Assembly: GCA_963726455.1 (NCBI GenBank)
Contig: CAVSCK010000003.1
Coordinates: forward strand, 416,001 to 480,000
Direction: 5' to 3'
From: an uncultured bacterium
GTDB taxonomy: Bacteria; Zixibacteria; MSB-5A5; CAIYYT01
Length of the DNA stretch: 64,000 nt
Within the stretch, counting starts at the first letter, position 1. Each line of letters begins with the position of its first letter. The translations under genes were made by a program, and so were the position numbers. The notes under the pieces were generated by a model. The model saw only the letters and a list, made by a program, of their open reading frames with translations. It did not search any database and was not told the DNA's origin. Below, one piece after another: positions 9,376 to 19,887 of the stretch.

Positions 9376-11073
9376 ATGCCTAATTCCAAAGAACTAGGGA
9401 CCATGCTGGTCGAAGCCGGCAAAATCAGCAACGAGCAGCTGACGCAGGCCCTTACCTTGATGGACAAAAACAAGGGTCGCCTCGAGCAGATCCTTGTTAC
9501 GATGGGCGCGGTTACCGATGAAGAGGAAATTACCACTTTCATCGGCAAGCAGCTCAATATCGGCGCGATCCGTCTGTCTGACCTGGAACTTAATGCTGAC
9601 GTAGTCAAACTCATTCCGCATGACATCGCTCGCAAGTTCAACGTTATATCTGTCAGCAAATTCGGCAAGACGCTGGTGGTGGCCATCAGCGACCCGAACA
9701 ACATCTATGTCCTCGATGCGATAAAATTCATCACCGGCTGCGTTGTGCAACCGGTGATCTCGCCCGAGCCGGCAATTCAGAAAGCCATCGAGCACTATTA
9801 CAACGAATCGTCGCAGTATTCGGAAATCCTGCGCGGCCTCGAAGAGTCGGAACTCGAGGTCATTTCCACCAGCGATGACGCGGTCAATGAGCTCGAATTA
9901 CAGTCGGCGGTGCAGGACAAGCCGCTGGTCAAGCTGGTGGACTCGATTATCAGCGAGGCAATCCGCAAGGGGGCCTCGGATATTCATATCGAGACCTACG
10001 AGAAGAAGATTCGCGTTCGCTATCGTATCGACGGTTCGCTGCAGGAAATGGCGCCGTTGCCGTTCAAGTATCGCGCGGCGATTGTCAGCCGCGTAAAGAT
10101 CATGGCCGACCTGGATATTTCCGAGCGGCGTCTGCCACAGGACGGGCGCATCAAGATCAAAGTCGGCGATCGCGCGGTTGATCTGCGCGTATCAGTGCTG
10201 CCGACAATCTTCGGGGAAAAGGTCGTGATGCGTATTCTTGACCCGAAGTCACTGATGCACGACCTGACCAATCTCGGTTTCCCGGAGTGGTCACTCAAGC
10301 AATTTCAACGCGCCATCACTCTCCCCTACGGGATTGTGCTGGTCACCGGTCCGACCGGTTCAGGAAAGACCACGACGCTGTATTCGGCGCTCAAGACGAT
10401 CAATCAGCCGGATGTCAACATCATGACGGCCGAAGATCCCGTCGAGTTCAACTTCGAAGGCATCAATCAGGTGGCGGTGCGTTCGGATATCGGGCTGACG
10501 TTCGCCGCCGCGCTGCGGTCGTTCTTGCGCCAGGACCCGGATATCATCATGGTCGGTGAGATTCGTGACGGCGAGACCGCCGAAATTGCGATCCGCGCAT
10601 CACTGACGGGACACCTGGTATTCAGCACCTTGCATACGAACGATGCTCCGTCATCGATCAACCGCCTGATCGACATGGGAATCCCAAGTTACCTGGTGGC
10701 GTCGGCGTCCAAGCTAATCATGGCGCAACGTATGGTGCGCAAGATCTGCAAGCGCTGTAAAGAAGAAGTCAAAGTCGAGGAAGAAATTCTGGTAAGTCTG
10801 GGAGTCCCGGAAGCAGAGCTAAAGACCTTCAAGGCCTATCAGGGCAAGGGCTGTTCCGACTGCAACAATATCGGATTTTCCGGACGAACGGGTTTGTTCG
10901 AAGTCATGCCGGTCACACCGGAAATCGAAAAGCTCATTATAGCCAATGTGCCGACACCGGAGATCACGGCTCAGGCCGTTAAGGAAGGTATGATGACGCT
11001 GCGCGTGGCCGGAGTAGACAAGGTCCGTAAAGGCATAACCACTGTCGAAGAAGTTATCGCGGAGACATCGTAG
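9376..11073 (+). CDS. pilB: Type IV pilus assembly ATPase PilB
   Basis: MshEN-like N-terminus, GASDIHIE, RLPQDGRI, GPTGSGKTTTLY, tetra-Cys motif. Confidence 0.95.
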   Translation: MPNSKELGTMLVEAGKISNEQLTQALTLMDKNKGRLEQILVTMGAVTDEEEITTFIGKQLNIGAIRLSDLELNADVVKLIPHDIARKFNVISVSKFGKTLVVAISDPNNIYVLDAIKFITGCVVQPVISPEPAIQKAIEHYYNESSQYSEILRGLEESELEVISTSDDAVNELELQSAVQDKPLVKLVDSIISEAIRKGASDIHIETYEKKIRVRYRIDGSLQEMAPLPFKYRAAIVSRVKIMADLDISERRLPQDGRIKIKVGDRAVDLRVSVLPTIFGEKVVMRILDPKSLMHDLTNLGFPEWSLKQFQRAITLPYGIVLVTGPTGSGKTTTLYSALKTINQPDVNIMTAEDPVEFNFEGINQVAVRSDIGLTFAAALRSFLRQDPDIIMVGEIRDGETAEIAIRASLTGHLVFSTLHTNDAPSSINRLIDMGIPSYLVASASKLIMAQRMVRKICKRCKEEVKVEEEILVSLGVPEAELKTFKAYQGKGCSDCNNIGFSGRTGLFEVMPVTPEIEKLIIANVPTPEITAQAVKEGMMTLRVAGVDKVRKGITTVEEVIAETS

Positions 11074-11130
11074 CGGCAAGGCCGCTGCATTTGATGGTGA
11101 AAATTATACTCGAATGTACTGGAGCAATAA

Positions 11131-12213
11131 ATGGTAAACCTGCGTGAACTTCTGGAAATTCTGATCGAGAAGAACGCCTCCGATCTGCATCTCGCAGTCG
11201 GCTCGCCGCCACAGATCAGAGTCGACGGTCGTTTAACGACTCTCGATATGGATGCGCTTACGCCTGAAGCCACCAAGAAACTGGCATACAGCATGATGTC
11301 CGAGAAGCAAAAACAGCGTTTTGAAGAATGTTCGGAACTGGACATGTCATTCGGCATCGAGAACATGAGCCGTTTCCGCTGCAACGTTTTTATGCAGCGC
11401 GGCAATATCTCGGTGGCATTGCGGCAGATTCCCTACAAAGTGCCGACGTTCGAGGAATTAGGCATCGACAAGGCGATCGTGGAAATGGCCAATCTGCCGC
11501 GTGGACTGGTGCTTGTCACCGGCCCGACCGGCTCGGGCAAATCCACCACGCTGGCGGCTTTGATCGATAAGGTCAATCGGGAACGGCACGCGCACATTCT
11601 CACGGTTGAGGATCCTATCGAGTACCTGCACCGGCATCAAAACTGCCTGATCAATCAGCGCGAAGTTGGCGCCGACACCAAGTCATTTGCCACGGCGCTG
11701 AAATACGCGTTGCGGCAGGACCCCGACGTGGTTCTGGTGGGCGAGATGAGAGACCTGGAAACAGTTTCCGAGGCATTGAATATTTCGGAAACCGGCCATC
11801 TGACATTCGCCACGTTGCACACCAACTCCTGCGCTGAAACGATCAATCGTATCGTCGACGTCTTCCCTACCAACCAGCAGGAACAGGTGCGGGTAACGTT
11901 GTCGTTCGTGTTGCAGGGCGTCGTGTCGCAGCAATTGGTGCCGAAGATCGGCGGCGGCAGATCGCTGGCCACCGAAGTGATGATCTGTACTCCAGCCGTC
12001 CGTGCCCTGGTTCGTGACGACAAGATTCACCAGATATATAGCATGATTCAGTCAGGCCAGAAGTATGGCATGAGGACAATGAATATGTCCCTTGCCGACC
12101 TCTACCTGTCGCGGAAAATCACGATCGGCGAGGCGATGGCGCGCTCCTCGAACGTGCAGGAGTTGAACGAGATGCTGTCGCGGGTTCAGGCCACGGCGGA
12201 AGCCCGCTACTAG
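11131..12213 (+). CDS. pilT: Type IV pilus retraction ATPase PilT
   Basis: ASDLHL, GPTGSGKSTTLAA, ALRQDPDV and AVRALVRDDKIHQI (AIRNLIRE-type) motifs. Confidence 0.95.
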   Translation: MVNLRELLEILIEKNASDLHLAVGSPPQIRVDGRLTTLDMDALTPEATKKLAYSMMSEKQKQRFEECSELDMSFGIENMSRFRCNVFMQRGNISVALRQIPYKVPTFEELGIDKAIVEMANLPRGLVLVTGPTGSGKSTTLAALIDKVNRERHAHILTVEDPIEYLHRHQNCLINQREVGADTKSFATALKYALRQDPDVVLVGEMRDLETVSEALNISETGHLTFATLHTNSCAETINRIVDVFPTNQQEQVRVTLSFVLQGVVSQQLVPKIGGGRSLATEVMICTPAVRALVRDDKIHQIYSMIQSGQKYGMRTMNMSLADLYLSRKITIGEAMARSSNVQELNEMLSRVQATAEARY

Positions 12214-12234
12214 TGCGGAAGAACGGAGGTTGCC

Positions 12235-13434
12235 ATGCCAATCTTTGAATATAAGGGCAAGACAGTTACCGGTTCGCCGGTCGAGGGCGAGCTTAAGGCG
12301 AAGGACCGGGGAGAACTCGAACGTATTCTGAGGCGCAACAAGGTTCTCGTAGACAAGATTTCCAAGAAGCCGTCTCAGATAAATATCCGCATCGGCAGCG
12401 GCATCAAGAAAGTACATATCTCCCGCTTCACACGGCAATTCGCCACGATGATCGGCGCGGGCCTGCCGATGGTGCAGTGCCTGGATATTCTGTCCAAGCA
12501 GATGGAGTCTCAGGAATTCTGCAAAGTCATTAATGAGATCAAGGATTCCGTGTCGTCAGGATCAACGCTTTCCGAGGCCATGAAGAAACACAAGAAAGCG
12601 TTCGATGACCTTTATGTGAACATGGTCGAAGCGGGTGAAATGGGCGGCGCGCTCGATACGATTCTGGTGCGTTTGGCCAACTATCGTGAAAAGGCCGACA
12701 CTCTGAATCGCAAGATTCGCAGCGCCATGGCGTATCCGGCGGTGATATCCGTAGTCGCGACCGGCATCACCATCGCCATGCTGACTTTTATCGTGCCGGT
12801 ATTTGCCAAGATGTTTGCGGGCTTGGGCGCTGAACTTCCGGCGCCGACTCAGTTCGTATTGACTGTTTCGGGGATAATCAAGAGCTACATCCTGGTGTGG
12901 CTGGGCGCTATGGTGGCGTTCATTGTCGCATTCCGCATGGTTCTGAAAAATGAGAAAGGTCGATACTACTTCGACAAGTTTATGCTAAGGACACCGGTGT
13001 TCGGAAATCTCGTGCGGAAAGCGGCCGTGGCAAGATTCACGAGAACGCTGGGGACATTGATTCAGTCGGGTGTTACGATTCTTGACGCACTCGAAATCAC
13101 GGCCAAAACTGCAGGCAACAAAGTCCTGCAACTGGCGATCCGGAAGTCAGTAGTTTCGATCGCCGAGGGCGACACGATCACGAATCCGCTGAAAGAATCG
13201 GGAGTGTTTCCGCCGATGGTTATTCAGATGATCGGTGTCGGCGAGAAGACGGGCGGCTTGGACGAAATGCTATCGAAGATCGCAGATTTCTATGATGACG
13301 AAGTTGATGCCGCCGTGAGTGCATTGACTGCGCTGATCGAGCCGGTGGTTATCGTCTTGATGGGCGCCGTTATCGGCGGTCTGTTGATCGCCATGTATCT
13401 GCCGATGTTCGACATTATCGGTAAAATCAACTGA
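12235..13434 (+). CDS. pilC: Type IV pilus platform protein PilC (GspF family)
   Basis: FTRQFATMIGAGLP, AGEMGGALD and AMYLPMFDI motifs. Confidence 0.95.
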   Translation: MPIFEYKGKTVTGSPVEGELKAKDRGELERILRRNKVLVDKISKKPSQINIRIGSGIKKVHISRFTRQFATMIGAGLPMVQCLDILSKQMESQEFCKVINEIKDSVSSGSTLSEAMKKHKKAFDDLYVNMVEAGEMGGALDTILVRLANYREKADTLNRKIRSAMAYPAVISVVATGITIAMLTFIVPVFAKMFAGLGAELPAPTQFVLTVSGIIKSYILVWLGAMVAFIVAFRMVLKNEKGRYYFDKFMLRTPVFGNLVRKAAVARFTRTLGTLIQSGVTILDALEITAKTAGNKVLQLAIRKSVVSIAEGDTITNPLKESGVFPPMVIQMIGVGEKTGGLDEMLSKIADFYDDEVDAAVSALTALIEPVVIVLMGAVIGGLLIAMYLPMFDIIGKIN

Positions 13435-13499
13435 CGTTTGGGGTTTAGGGTCACTACGAAGCCACCTCTGCACTCACAGGGGTGGCTTTAACTATTATT

Positions 13500-15254
13500 A
13501 TGCCATTAAGTCGTCGACGCAAACTCAAGGAAGAGCTGAAAAGCTCGTGGTTCTTGCCACTGCGCTTATCAATCTTCCTGCTCGTATTCGGCGCGGTCGT
13601 CCTCTCCGGGGCCAGCCAGTCGGGTAATTTCCAACCGTTTCTGATCTACTCGATCACAACGCTGGTCTTCCTGCTGGTGATCGAATTCAATGTGCCGTTC
13701 ATCCGACCGCGTGTACTGAGCTTCATTATATTATCACAGATAGTTCTGGAATTGGCTGCCGAAGGAACCGTAATTCGCGGCGCCGGACACCTGACGTCAC
13801 AATATTCGGTGCTCTTCCTGTTGACCATCGTGTCGGCGAGTCTGGTCTATCGACTGTCGGGAACGCTTTCCGTCGGCACCTTGGCGTCGCTGATCTACGC
13901 TTTCACATCGACAACTCAGGGGTACCCCGGCGGGATATTCGATCTGGCACAATTGCAGAAGGCGTATCAGGCCAATGACGAGCTGTTCTACGCGGTGTTT
14001 CTGCATGTGTGCACGTTCTATCTCGTGGCATTTATTTCCGGTTTTCTGGCTGCCAAGCTGAGGGTCAAGGAAGGCGAGCTGTCGCATACCTCGGAGAGAT
14101 TGGAGCGCGTACAGCTCGACACGGACGACATTCTGCATAACTTGCATTCGGGCCTGATTACCGTCGACAACCGAGGGCGCATCGTTTACTTCAACCGCGC
14201 GGCCGAGACGATTCTGGGTGTGAGCCAGGAGGAAGCGAGGGGCCGCGATTTTCTTGAAGTATTTGCCGATCGAATGCCGGAATTCTGCGAAAGTGTGCTT
14301 TCGGTGCTGAGAATGGCAAAACCGAACTTGCGGTCGGAAATTGAGATTGTCGGCCGGGACGGAAGAGCCATGCCGTTGGGGCTTACCACATCTGTCCTTG
14401 GAGACGAGCAAACCGGAATCCGTGGCGTGATCGCAATCTTTCAGGACCTGACTGTCGCCAAGAAGATGGAGCAGGCACTGATGAAAGCCGACCGGTTGGC
14501 AGCCGTCGGTGAACTGTCTGCGCGTATCGCGCACGAAATTCGTAATCCGCTGGCGTCGATCTCCGGGTCGGTTGAAGTGCTCAAGAATGAGATTGAGCTG
14601 TCAGGCGAGAATGTGCGGCTGATGGAATTGATCGTCAAAGAGTCGGAACGTCTGTCGCGCGTGCTGAACGATTTTCTGGTTTACGCGCGCACGTCTCCGG
14701 TGCACAGCACCAAAGTGGAATTGGTCTCGCTGGTCGGTGATGTAGTTGAGCTCTTGAAGCACAATCCCCTATTCCCTGCCGGACTGGCGATCAACTTCGA
14801 GACCGAACAACCGACGGCGTACATTGTGGCTGCCGAAGATCAGGTCCGCCAGATCGTGATTAACATAGTGACAAACGCGGTTGAGGCAGTCGATCCGGCA
14901 GCGGGTACTGTCGACATCAGGATATCCTCTCCCTCATCGTCATTGGGCCTGCTGACATCAATGTGGGTAGCCCTGAAAGTTACTGACAATGGCTGCGGAA
15001 TAACAGGTTCCGAGAGAGAAAAGATGTTCGAGCCATTCTATTCGAGAAAGAAAGGTGGTACCGGTCTGGGGCTGGCGATTGTCAGGCGCTGCGTAGACAA
15101 CATTGATGCTCGCGTCGATGTCGAATCGACACCTGACAAGGGGACCACTTTTACATTCCTATTCAAGAAGTACATGAATCCGCACGACACCGGCAAGATC
15201 AACATCCCGGCTGGCGAGCAATCTGAAAGTCAGTCGGCTGCCCGCCGCTCTTGA
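13500..15254 (+). CDS. pilS: PilS-like PAS sensor histidine kinase
   Basis: TM region, PAS domain, H-box AHEIRNPLASI, G-boxes DNGCGI and GTGLGLAI; lies after pilC. Confidence 0.8.
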   Translation: MPLSRRRKLKEELKSSWFLPLRLSIFLLVFGAVVLSGASQSGNFQPFLIYSITTLVFLLVIEFNVPFIRPRVLSFIILSQIVLELAAEGTVIRGAGHLTSQYSVLFLLTIVSASLVYRLSGTLSVGTLASLIYAFTSTTQGYPGGIFDLAQLQKAYQANDELFYAVFLHVCTFYLVAFISGFLAAKLRVKEGELSHTSERLERVQLDTDDILHNLHSGLITVDNRGRIVYFNRAAETILGVSQEEARGRDFLEVFADRMPEFCESVLSVLRMAKPNLRSEIEIVGRDGRAMPLGLTTSVLGDEQTGIRGVIAIFQDLTVAKKMEQALMKADRLAAVGELSARIAHEIRNPLASISGSVEVLKNEIELSGENVRLMELIVKESERLSRVLNDFLVYARTSPVHSTKVELVSLVGDVVELLKHNPLFPAGLAINFETEQPTAYIVAAEDQVRQIVINIVTNAVEAVDPAAGTVDIRISSPSSSLGLLTSMWVALKVTDNGCGITGSEREKMFEPFYSRKKGGTGLGLAIVRRCVDNIDARVDVESTPDKGTTFTFLFKKYMNPHDTGKINIPAGEQSESQSAARRS

Positions 15255-15305
15255 AACCGTTTCAGCTTCCTTACGAATCAGATCGCACTGGCACGTATAT
15301 CCAAC

Positions 15306-17378
15306 GTGATTGCGCATCAGAACCGGCTGGCCCGCGAGACTTCCCCCTATCTGCTCCAACACGCCGCCAATCCGGTCGATTGGTATCCGTGGAGCGCTGA
15401 GGCACTAGACAGAGCGAAGACGGAGAACAAGCCGATCTTTCTGTCGATCGGTTATTCCGCGTGCCATTGGTGCCACGTGATGGAGCGGGAATCTTTCGAG
15501 AACGAAGCCATCGCGGAAATAATGAACCGGTATTTCGTCAACATCAAGGTCGACCGTGAAGAGCGGCCTGATCTGGATGACTACTTCATGATGTTCGTGC
15601 AAATGACGACGGGAAGTGGCGGCTGGCCAATGTCGGTCTTCCTCACTCCGGATGGGAAACCGTTCTTCGGCGGCACGTATTTTCCGCCCGAGGATGCCTA
15701 TAGCAGACGCGGTTTCGCGGCGATTCTTCACGCGGTCGCAAAAACCTGGGAAAAACAGCGGCAACGAGTTTTGGATGGCACGGCATCATTGCTGGAGATG
15801 CTGAAGACAAATCTGACCAGATCGGAAGCGGCAGTCAAGATCGATCCCGGCATTGTAGACACGGCGGTGGAACAAATGCTGGAGCGTTATGATCCGGTCG
15901 ACGGCGGCTTCGGAGAGGCGCCCAAGTTTCCGCCGAGCTATGCTTTATCGCTGATGATGCGGCAATATTACCGCCAGCGTGATGCGCGCGTACTTCATGC
16001 GATCACGCACACTCTGAACAAGATGGCAGCCGGCGGTATTTACGATCAACTGGGCGGCGGATTTCACCGCTATTCGACCGACGCGCACTGGCTCGTGCCG
16101 CATTTTGAGAAGATGTTATATGACAATGCGCTATTGGCGGTCACATATTGCGAGGCCTTCCAGCTCACTCAAAATACACTCTATCGGCAGGTTGCCTGCG
16201 ATACGCTGGATTATTTGTTGCGCGATATGCGAGACCCTGTTGGCGGATTCTATTCGTCCGAGGATGCTGACAGCGAAGGCGTGGAAGGAAAGTTCTACGT
16301 CTGGACACCGGAAGAAGTCATCACCGTACTCGGAAGCGAAGACGGAAAGCTATTCTGCGATTACTACGACGTGACAAATGCGGGGAATTTCGAAGGCCGT
16401 CAGTCGATACTTCACGTTCGCGCGGACATCGAGCAGTTCGCCAAAGAGTACAAAATGACTCCGGGTGAGTTGAATGATAAACTGGCGTCCCTGCGGCTGA
16501 GACTGCTGCAATTTCGGGCCACGAGAGTTCGGCCGCCACAGGATGACAAAGTGCTCGCGGAGTGGAACGGATTGATGCTGTCGGCGCTGTGCAAAGGATA
16601 TCAGGCCACCGCGAATGTTAAGTACCTCGATGCTGCAGTCGAATGTGCAAGTTTCATCGAAAAGCAAATGTATTCGCCGTCGGGTCTACTTCGGATCTAT
16701 CGTCGCGGGCAGGCCAAGCAGCCGGGATTTCTGAGCGATTATGCCTTTATCGCAAATGGGCTGATTGACCTTTATGAATCATCTTTTGATATCCACTGGC
16801 TGAAATTCGCCGAGCAATTGGCGCAGGAAATGATCTCAAATTTCGCAGACGCGGATCACGGCGGATTCTTCACAACTCGTACCGACCAACTCGATCTGCC
16901 GATCCGCCAGAAGGATTCCTACGACGGCGCAGTTCCGTCGGGCAATTCAGCGGCCGCGATCGTTTTGCTTCGACTCGCAGTGCTGCTGGACAAGAAGCAA
17001 TATCGCGGGATGGCGGATCAAACGATTGCGACTTTGGGGGGAAATATCGAGAAGATGCCGACGGCCTACATGAACATGTTAAATGCATATGATCTGAGCC
17101 AAAACGGCTCACGAGAGATCGCAATTATCGGACGTCGATCTGATGTGCGCACTCTTGAACTGATCAGAACCGCTCACTCCATGTATCTTCCCCACAAAAC
17201 AGTCGCCCTGCTCGATCCTGGCTCCGAAAACGCGGCGGAAACGCAAGCTCTACTCCCACTACTCCAAAATCGCAAAATGATTGATGGCAAAGCAACTGCC
17301 TGTGTGTGCAGGGACTACTCCTGCAGACTTCCGGTCACGACTGTGGAGGATTTAGTACTACAGCTCAATGAAGATTGA
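15306..17378 (+). CDS. YyaL/SSP411 family protein (thioredoxin-like DUF255 plus six-hairpin glycosidase-like domain)
   Basis: [33 protein letters not shown] and [12 protein letters not shown] motifs. Confidence 0.92.
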   Translation: MIAHQNRLARETSPYLLQHAANPVDWYPWSAEALDRAKTENKPIFLSIGYSACHWCHVMERESFENEAIAEIMNRYFVNIKVDREERPDLDDYFMMFVQMTTGSGGWPMSVFLTPDGKPFFGGTYFPPEDAYSRRGFAAILHAVAKTWEKQRQRVLDGTASLLEMLKTNLTRSEAAVKIDPGIVDTAVEQMLERYDPVDGGFGEAPKFPPSYALSLMMRQYYRQRDARVLHAITHTLNKMAAGGIYDQLGGGFHRYSTDAHWLVPHFEKMLYDNALLAVTYCEAFQLTQNTLYRQVACDTLDYLLRDMRDPVGGFYSSEDADSEGVEGKFYVWTPEEVITVLGSEDGKLFCDYYDVTNAGNFEGRQSILHVRADIEQFAKEYKMTPGELNDKLASLRLRLLQFRATRVRPPQDDKVLAEWNGLMLSALCKGYQATANVKYLDAAVECASFIEKQMYSPSGLLRIYRRGQAKQPGFLSDYAFIANGLIDLYESSFDIHWLKFAEQLAQEMISNFADADHGGFFTTRTDQLDLPIRQKDSYDGAVPSGNSAAAIVLLRLAVLLDKKQYRGMADQTIATLGGNIEKMPTAYMNMLNAYDLSQNGSREIAIIGRRSDVRTLELIRTAHSMYLPHKTVALLDPGSENAAETQALLPLLQNRKMIDGKATACVCRDYSCRLPVTTVEDLVLQLNED

Positions 17379-17474
17379 GACGGCGAAGAGGGCAGTCGAG
17401 GATTTTCTTCGCAATAATTCGGAAGCTGTTGCGAATTATGGTATTCTCTCATCTACAATTTTACGATTATGTTC

Positions 17475-17502
17475 TTGACATGGCAGTGACCACTCATATA
17501 TT
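17475..17502 (+). promoter_or_regulatory. Sigma-70 promoter of the atp operon
   Basis: TTGACA-16 nt-TATATT upstream of the first atp gene. Confidence 0.6.
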
Positions 17503-17526
17503 TGTCACGCTCCGGGAGGAACGTTT

Positions 17527-17757
17527 GTGCTGAAGCAAAGTGACGATAAGTCACAGCTAGTTAGGCAGTTGGCTCTTTTCGGAGTGATACCGGTCATGAT
17601 GGCCGTCGGGCCATTGGTCGGATTCATCATCGGCAAGCTGCTCGATGGGTGGTTAGGAACGGCGCCCTACCTGATGATCTTATTCATCGTGCTGGGGTTC
17701 GTCGCGGCAGGAAAAGAAGTTTACGGATTGATCCGTAAGGTCACGAAGGATTTGTAG
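17527..17757 (+). CDS. AtpZ/AtpI family F0F1 accessory protein
   Basis: GFIIGKLLDGWLGTAPYLM pattern; first gene of the atp operon. Confidence 0.85.
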   Translation: MLKQSDDKSQLVRQLALFGVIPVMMAVGPLVGFIIGKLLDGWLGTAPYLMILFIVLGFVAAGKEVYGLIRKVTKDL

Positions 17758-17772
17758 CGCACTTCACCAATC

Positions 17773-18177
17773 ATGGGTCTGGAATTCATAACTCGGCTGA
17801 TTAAAACGACAGCAGTGCTGGCGCTCGTTGTCGCACTCTATCTGGTGATGTATTACTCCGGAATGATCGCCGTGGGATTCCTGATCGGTGTGGCCTGGAG
17901 CTTGATCAATCTCTTCTTTATCAGAGGCCTGGTTATCCAGCTCATCAATCCCGACAAGCCGCGCAAGGATATTGCCGTGGTGCTCGGCATGGTCAAGTTT
18001 CCGATACTATATGTTGTCGGATACTTCATCGTGGCATCGGATTACTTTTCGGTGTACGCACTCCTCAGCGGCTTCTCCCTGATTTTCCCGGTCGCATTGC
18101 TAAAGGTGCTGGGGAGAATATTCCTCGGTCTGGATGCGTTTGGTTTTGAAAAGAAACATGTCGAGGGTGCCCATTGA
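17773..18177 (+). CDS. atpI: ATP synthase protein I
   Basis: 4-TM protein directly before atpB. Confidence 0.75.
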   Translation: MGLEFITRLIKTTAVLALVVALYLVMYYSGMIAVGFLIGVAWSLINLFFIRGLVIQLINPDKPRKDIAVVLGMVKFPILYVVGYFIVASDYFSVYALLSGFSLIFPVALLKVLGRIFLGLDAFGFEKKHVEGAH

Positions 18178-19034
18178 TTCTTGACAAACTTGCGTTCTCG
18201 GTTCTCGCGATGACCGAACAAGCCGGTCACGTCGCGGATACTGTTGCGCACGGCGGTAGCCATGGGGAATCAGCGGCGCCCGAACTTCCCAACATCATAC
18301 AGATGTTGTATCTCAGTTTCGGCGACACCTTCAAGAGCATATATCATTGGGAAAATGTGATCTTCGCATTTCTGGTCGCGATATTCATCTGCATTATATC
18401 ATTCCGTGTCTATTCCCGACGCGAACTCATTCCCGGCAAACTGCAAAATGCCGTGGAGATGATCGTCGAAGCGCTGGATAACTTCTTTACCGGAATACTG
18501 GGCCACCATGCGCGTAGATACACGCCGTTTCTCGGCACACTCTTCATTTATATATTGCTGATGAACTGGCTGGGGCTCATACCATTCCTCAAGGCCCCGA
18601 ACTCGAACAGCGCAATGATTCCGGTATCGCTGGCGCTGGTCGTTTTCGTTTACGTTCAGTATACCGGTTTTCGCCGGCTCGGCGTTGGGGGCTGGGTTTT
18701 CCACCTGATGGGTTCGCCGAGGGATGCAGTAAGCTGGGCACTGGTGCCACTAAATCTGCCGATTCATTTCATCGGCGAACTGGCCAAGCCGTTGTCACTT
18801 TCCTTGCGTCTATTCGGTAACATCACCGGCGAGGATGTGCTGATCGCCGCCTTCACCGGGCTGGGCGTTATGGTGCTTTCATTTTCGCATTTGCCTTTCG
18901 GCATCCCGCTGCAATTACCGTTTTACGTGCTGGGATTGCTGATGTCAACGATACAAGCTCTCGTGTTCACGTCATTGGCGACCATTTACATTGCCATGAT
19001 GCTGCCGCACGAAGAACATGAAGAAGAACATTAG
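18174..19034 (+). CDS. atpB: ATP synthase Fo subunit a
   Basis: PGKLQN, KPLSLSLRLFGNI and IQALVFTSL motifs. Confidence 0.95.
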   Translation: MILDKLAFSVLAMTEQAGHVADTVAHGGSHGESAAPELPNIIQMLYLSFGDTFKSIYHWENVIFAFLVAIFICIISFRVYSRRELIPGKLQNAVEMIVEALDNFFTGILGHHARRYTPFLGTLFIYILLMNWLGLIPFLKAPNSNSAMIPVSLALVVFVYVQYTGFRRLGVGGWVFHLMGSPRDAVSWALVPLNLPIHFIGELAKPLSLSLRLFGNITGEDVLIAAFTGLGVMVLSFSHLPFGIPLQLPFYVLGLLMSTIQALVFTSLATIYIAMMLPHEEHEEEH

Positions 19035-19064
19035 TCATTTAACTTGTCTCTCGCAGGAGGAATA

Positions 19065-19298
19065 ATGGATTTCAAATTTGCACTGGCATTGTCGCTGCCG
19101 TTGGCAATCGGCCTGGCGGCAATCGGGTCCGGTTTCGGACTGGGCCGTGCGGTTGGACAGGCGATGGAAGCCATCGGCCGTCAACCCGAGGCAGCCGCGA
19201 AGATTCAGGTGGCCATGATCATCGGTAGCGCCTTCATCGAAGCGCTCACCATCTACGCGTTGGTTGCCTTCTTCATTCTTATGGGCAAGATCGGCTAG
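19065..19298 (+). CDS. atpE: ATP synthase Fo subunit c (H+-type)
   Basis: GRQPEA and FIEALTIY motifs; RBS AGGAGG. Confidence 0.95.
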   Translation: MDFKFALALSLPLAIGLAAIGSGFGLGRAVGQAMEAIGRQPEAAAKIQVAMIIGSAFIEALTIYALVAFFILMGKIG

Positions 19299-19309
19299 AT
19301 CACGAAATT

Positions 19310-19337
19310 GCGGGCGGATCACAAACGTTCCGCCCGC
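19310..19337 (+). promoter_or_regulatory. Intercistronic stem-loop after atpE
   Basis: GCGGGCGGA...TCCGCCCGC inverted repeat without a U-tract. Confidence 0.5.
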
Positions 19338-19368
19338 TTGATCACCATCGGATAAGGCGAGGATAAGA

Positions 19369-19878
19369 TTGCTTAGTCAAATACTCGAAGCTCTGAAGAT
19401 AGAAATCCCGCAGCTGATCACGCACATCATCGGCTTCCTGATTCTGTTGTGGCTCGCCAAGCGTTATGCCTGGAAACCGCTGCTGGCGCTCCTTGACGAA
19501 CGACGCGAACGGATCAAGAATAGTTTCGCCGAAATCGAGACCAAGCATAAGCAGGCGGATGCCCTCAATGCCGAATATCAGTCGAGACTGAAGGACATCG
19601 ACAGTGAGGCGCGCAAACGTTTGACCGAGGCCGTCAGTGAAGGCGAAAAGATCGCGGCCAAGATCAAAGAAGATGCCCGCGGCGAGGCCAAGGACATACT
19701 GGTCCGCGCCAAGGCCGAGATCGATCAGGATCTGGCCAAGGCCCGCGTGCAGTTGAAAAATGATGTTGTGGATATGACCATTGTTGCGGCGGAAAAGATT
19801 ATTCATGAACGGCTTGATGCGCCGAAACATCGGGAATTAATCGGCCGGTTCATTGACGACATTGAGAAAGTAAAGTAA
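19369..19878 (+). CDS. atpF: ATP synthase Fo subunit b
   Basis: TM helix, AWKPLLALLDERRERI, coiled coil. Confidence 0.93.
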   Translation: MLSQILEALKIEIPQLITHIIGFLILLWLAKRYAWKPLLALLDERRERIKNSFAEIETKHKQADALNAEYQSRLKDIDSEARKRLTEAVSEGEKIAAKIKEDARGEAKDILVRAKAEIDQDLAKARVQLKNDVVDMTIVAAEKIIHERLDAPKHRELIGRFIDDIEKVK

Positions 19879-19887
19879 CAGAAACGC

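Noticed and set aside
15289-15304. Sigma-54 promoter (TGGCAC) before the yyaL-like gene
   Set aside because: The -12 TTGC element is missing and the site is too close to the start codon
19065-19298. Na+-translocating or N-type ATPase
   Set aside because: The c subunit has EALTIY without the Q...ES/T Na+ signature, and gene order is canonical with delta present
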